Virus record (IMG/VR): IMGVR_UViG_3300010413_000035 | Span: 1-57,545 of that record | Length of the DNA stretch: 57,545 nucleotides | Source of the DNA: a virus | Lineage: Duplodnaviria; Caudoviricetes | Reading direction: 5' to 3' (one strand) | Shown: positions 56,747 through 57,545 of the stretch, piece after piece | Layout: the number at the start of each line of letters is the position of its first letter | Numbering within the stretch: the first letter of the stretch is position 1 | The notes under the pieces: generated by a model | Databases searched by the model: none | The model's input: the letters and a program-made list of their open reading frames with translations, nothing else | What the model was told of the DNA's origin: nothing | Made by a program: the position numbers and the translations under genes

Positions 56747-57448
56747 ATGTTAAATACTAAAATTGATGAATTATACAAAAATGTTGAGTTTACTTCAAAA
56801 GTTGGATATATGACTAAAGGGGATGTAATAAAACAGATAGATTGTTTGTTAGAAAATATTATAGTTGAATATTACGTAATTGAAAAAATAGAAACTAGAT
56901 TAAATAAAAAAGTAAAAAAATTAAATTCAAAAAGTAGAAGTTATGAAGAACTTTGTAAAATTAGAAAAGTATTAGAAGATGAATTTATTGACCAATTACC
57001 AGACGAATATAATTTGCCAGAAGTTGAAGAAGAAGAAGAAACAACAGAAGTTGAAGAAGAAGAAGAAACAACAGAAGTTGAAGAAGAAGAAGAAACAACA
57101 GAAGTTGAAGAAAAAGAAGAAACAACAGAAGTTAAAACAAATATTAATAATATAAATTCAATAGATTACAAAAAAATAAAAAATGTATTATTAGAAAAAA
57201 AAGGGATAAAAATTATAAAAGAAAGAAGACAATTAAACAGATTTAAATATGTAAATTGGAAAAATGAATATCATTATTTAAACCTTGAGGAATTGATATT
57301 ATTATATTTAAATACTATAGGGCTTGATAATGGTAAATATGAAGAATATAAAAAAGCAAAAAAACAAAAATTAAAAAATAAATATGAAAAGTTAAAAGAA
57401 AAAAGATTAAATTTTAAAAAAGAAGTCGCAGCATTTTATAACAGTTAA
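56747..57448 (+). CDS. Early protein with acidic tandem-repeat linker
   Basis: AAGGGAG RBS; (EVEEEEETT)x4. Confidence 0.75.
   Translation: MLNTKIDELYKNVEFTSKVGYMTKGDVIKQIDCLLENIIVEYYVIEKIETRLNKKVKKLNSKSRSYEELCKIRKVLEDEFIDQLPDEYNLPEVEEEEETTEVEEEEETTEVEEEEETTEVEEKEETTEVKTNINNINSIDYKKIKNVLLEKKGIKIIKERRQLNRFKYVNWKNEYHYLNLEELILLYLNTIGLDNGKYEEYKKAKKQKLKNKYEKLKEKRLNFKKEVAAFYNS
57020..57133 (+). repeat. 27-bp tandem repeat x4
   Basis: GAAGTTGAAGAAGAAGAAGAAACAACA units, one substitution in the fourth. Confidence 0.92.
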
Positions 57449-57545
57449 AGGGGGGAAATTAAAACCCCTTTATCCCTTAAATAATAATTGAAACGTGGCT
57501 ATATTTTGTCACATTATAAAAATTTGAAAGGATGATAAAAATTGG
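57402..57545 (+). repeat. Terminal direct repeat copy 2 (circular assembly overlap)
   Basis: Identical to 1-144. Confidence 0.95.

Larger units (their letters stand above)
1..57545. mobile_element. Complete tailed phage genome (siphovirus-like, Firmicute host), circular assembly
   Basis: Terminase, portal, capsid, tail tube, tape measure, endolysin and replication genes are all present; the two ends overlap. Confidence 0.95.

Noticed and set aside
1-57545. Stop-codon reassignment
   Set aside because: Core genes are full length in the standard code and no suppressor tRNA is present

Overview
The window is a complete, circularly assembled (144-bp end overlap; unit length about 57.4 kb), very AT-rich tailed dsDNA phage genome. 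It has a siphovirus-type, A118/SPP1-like virion module. The host is most likely a low-GC Firmicute (Clostridia-like), judged from sigma-A promoters, AGGAGG-type RBSs and an Amidase_2+SPOR endolysin. Gene order: early cassettes (46.8 kb through the origin to 3.1 kb), ParB-methyltransferase, terminase, portal and minor capsid, then an 8.5-kb insert splitting the head module, then capsid, tail and lysis genes, Bet recombinase and RecD2, membrane genes, a DUF927-like helicase and an origin-like iteron region. No integrase, CI repressor or DNA polymerase was recognised. Main highlights: (1) a seven-gene CDP-alditol/glycan operon inside the head module (nitroreductase, pyruvyltransferase, GT32, MazG-like, IspD/TarI, SDR, TagF-like), while both the major capsid and the tail tube end in Gly-Ser, suggesting virion decoration with a ribitol-phosphate/pyruvylated glycan; (2) about 14 promoters sharing a TGTAGCAC-type box, with a candidate autoregulated ribbon-helix-helix repressor and modular promoter-gene-hairpin cassettes; (3) a tRNA-like ncRNA with an abnormal anticodon arm; (4) a symmetric TTGCTA/TAGCAA array sharing a 12-bp motif with the putative origin; (5) a Tad1-like immune-signal sponge and several unannotated acidic or zinc-ribbon microproteins. 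All family calls are by eye from motifs; no database search was run.
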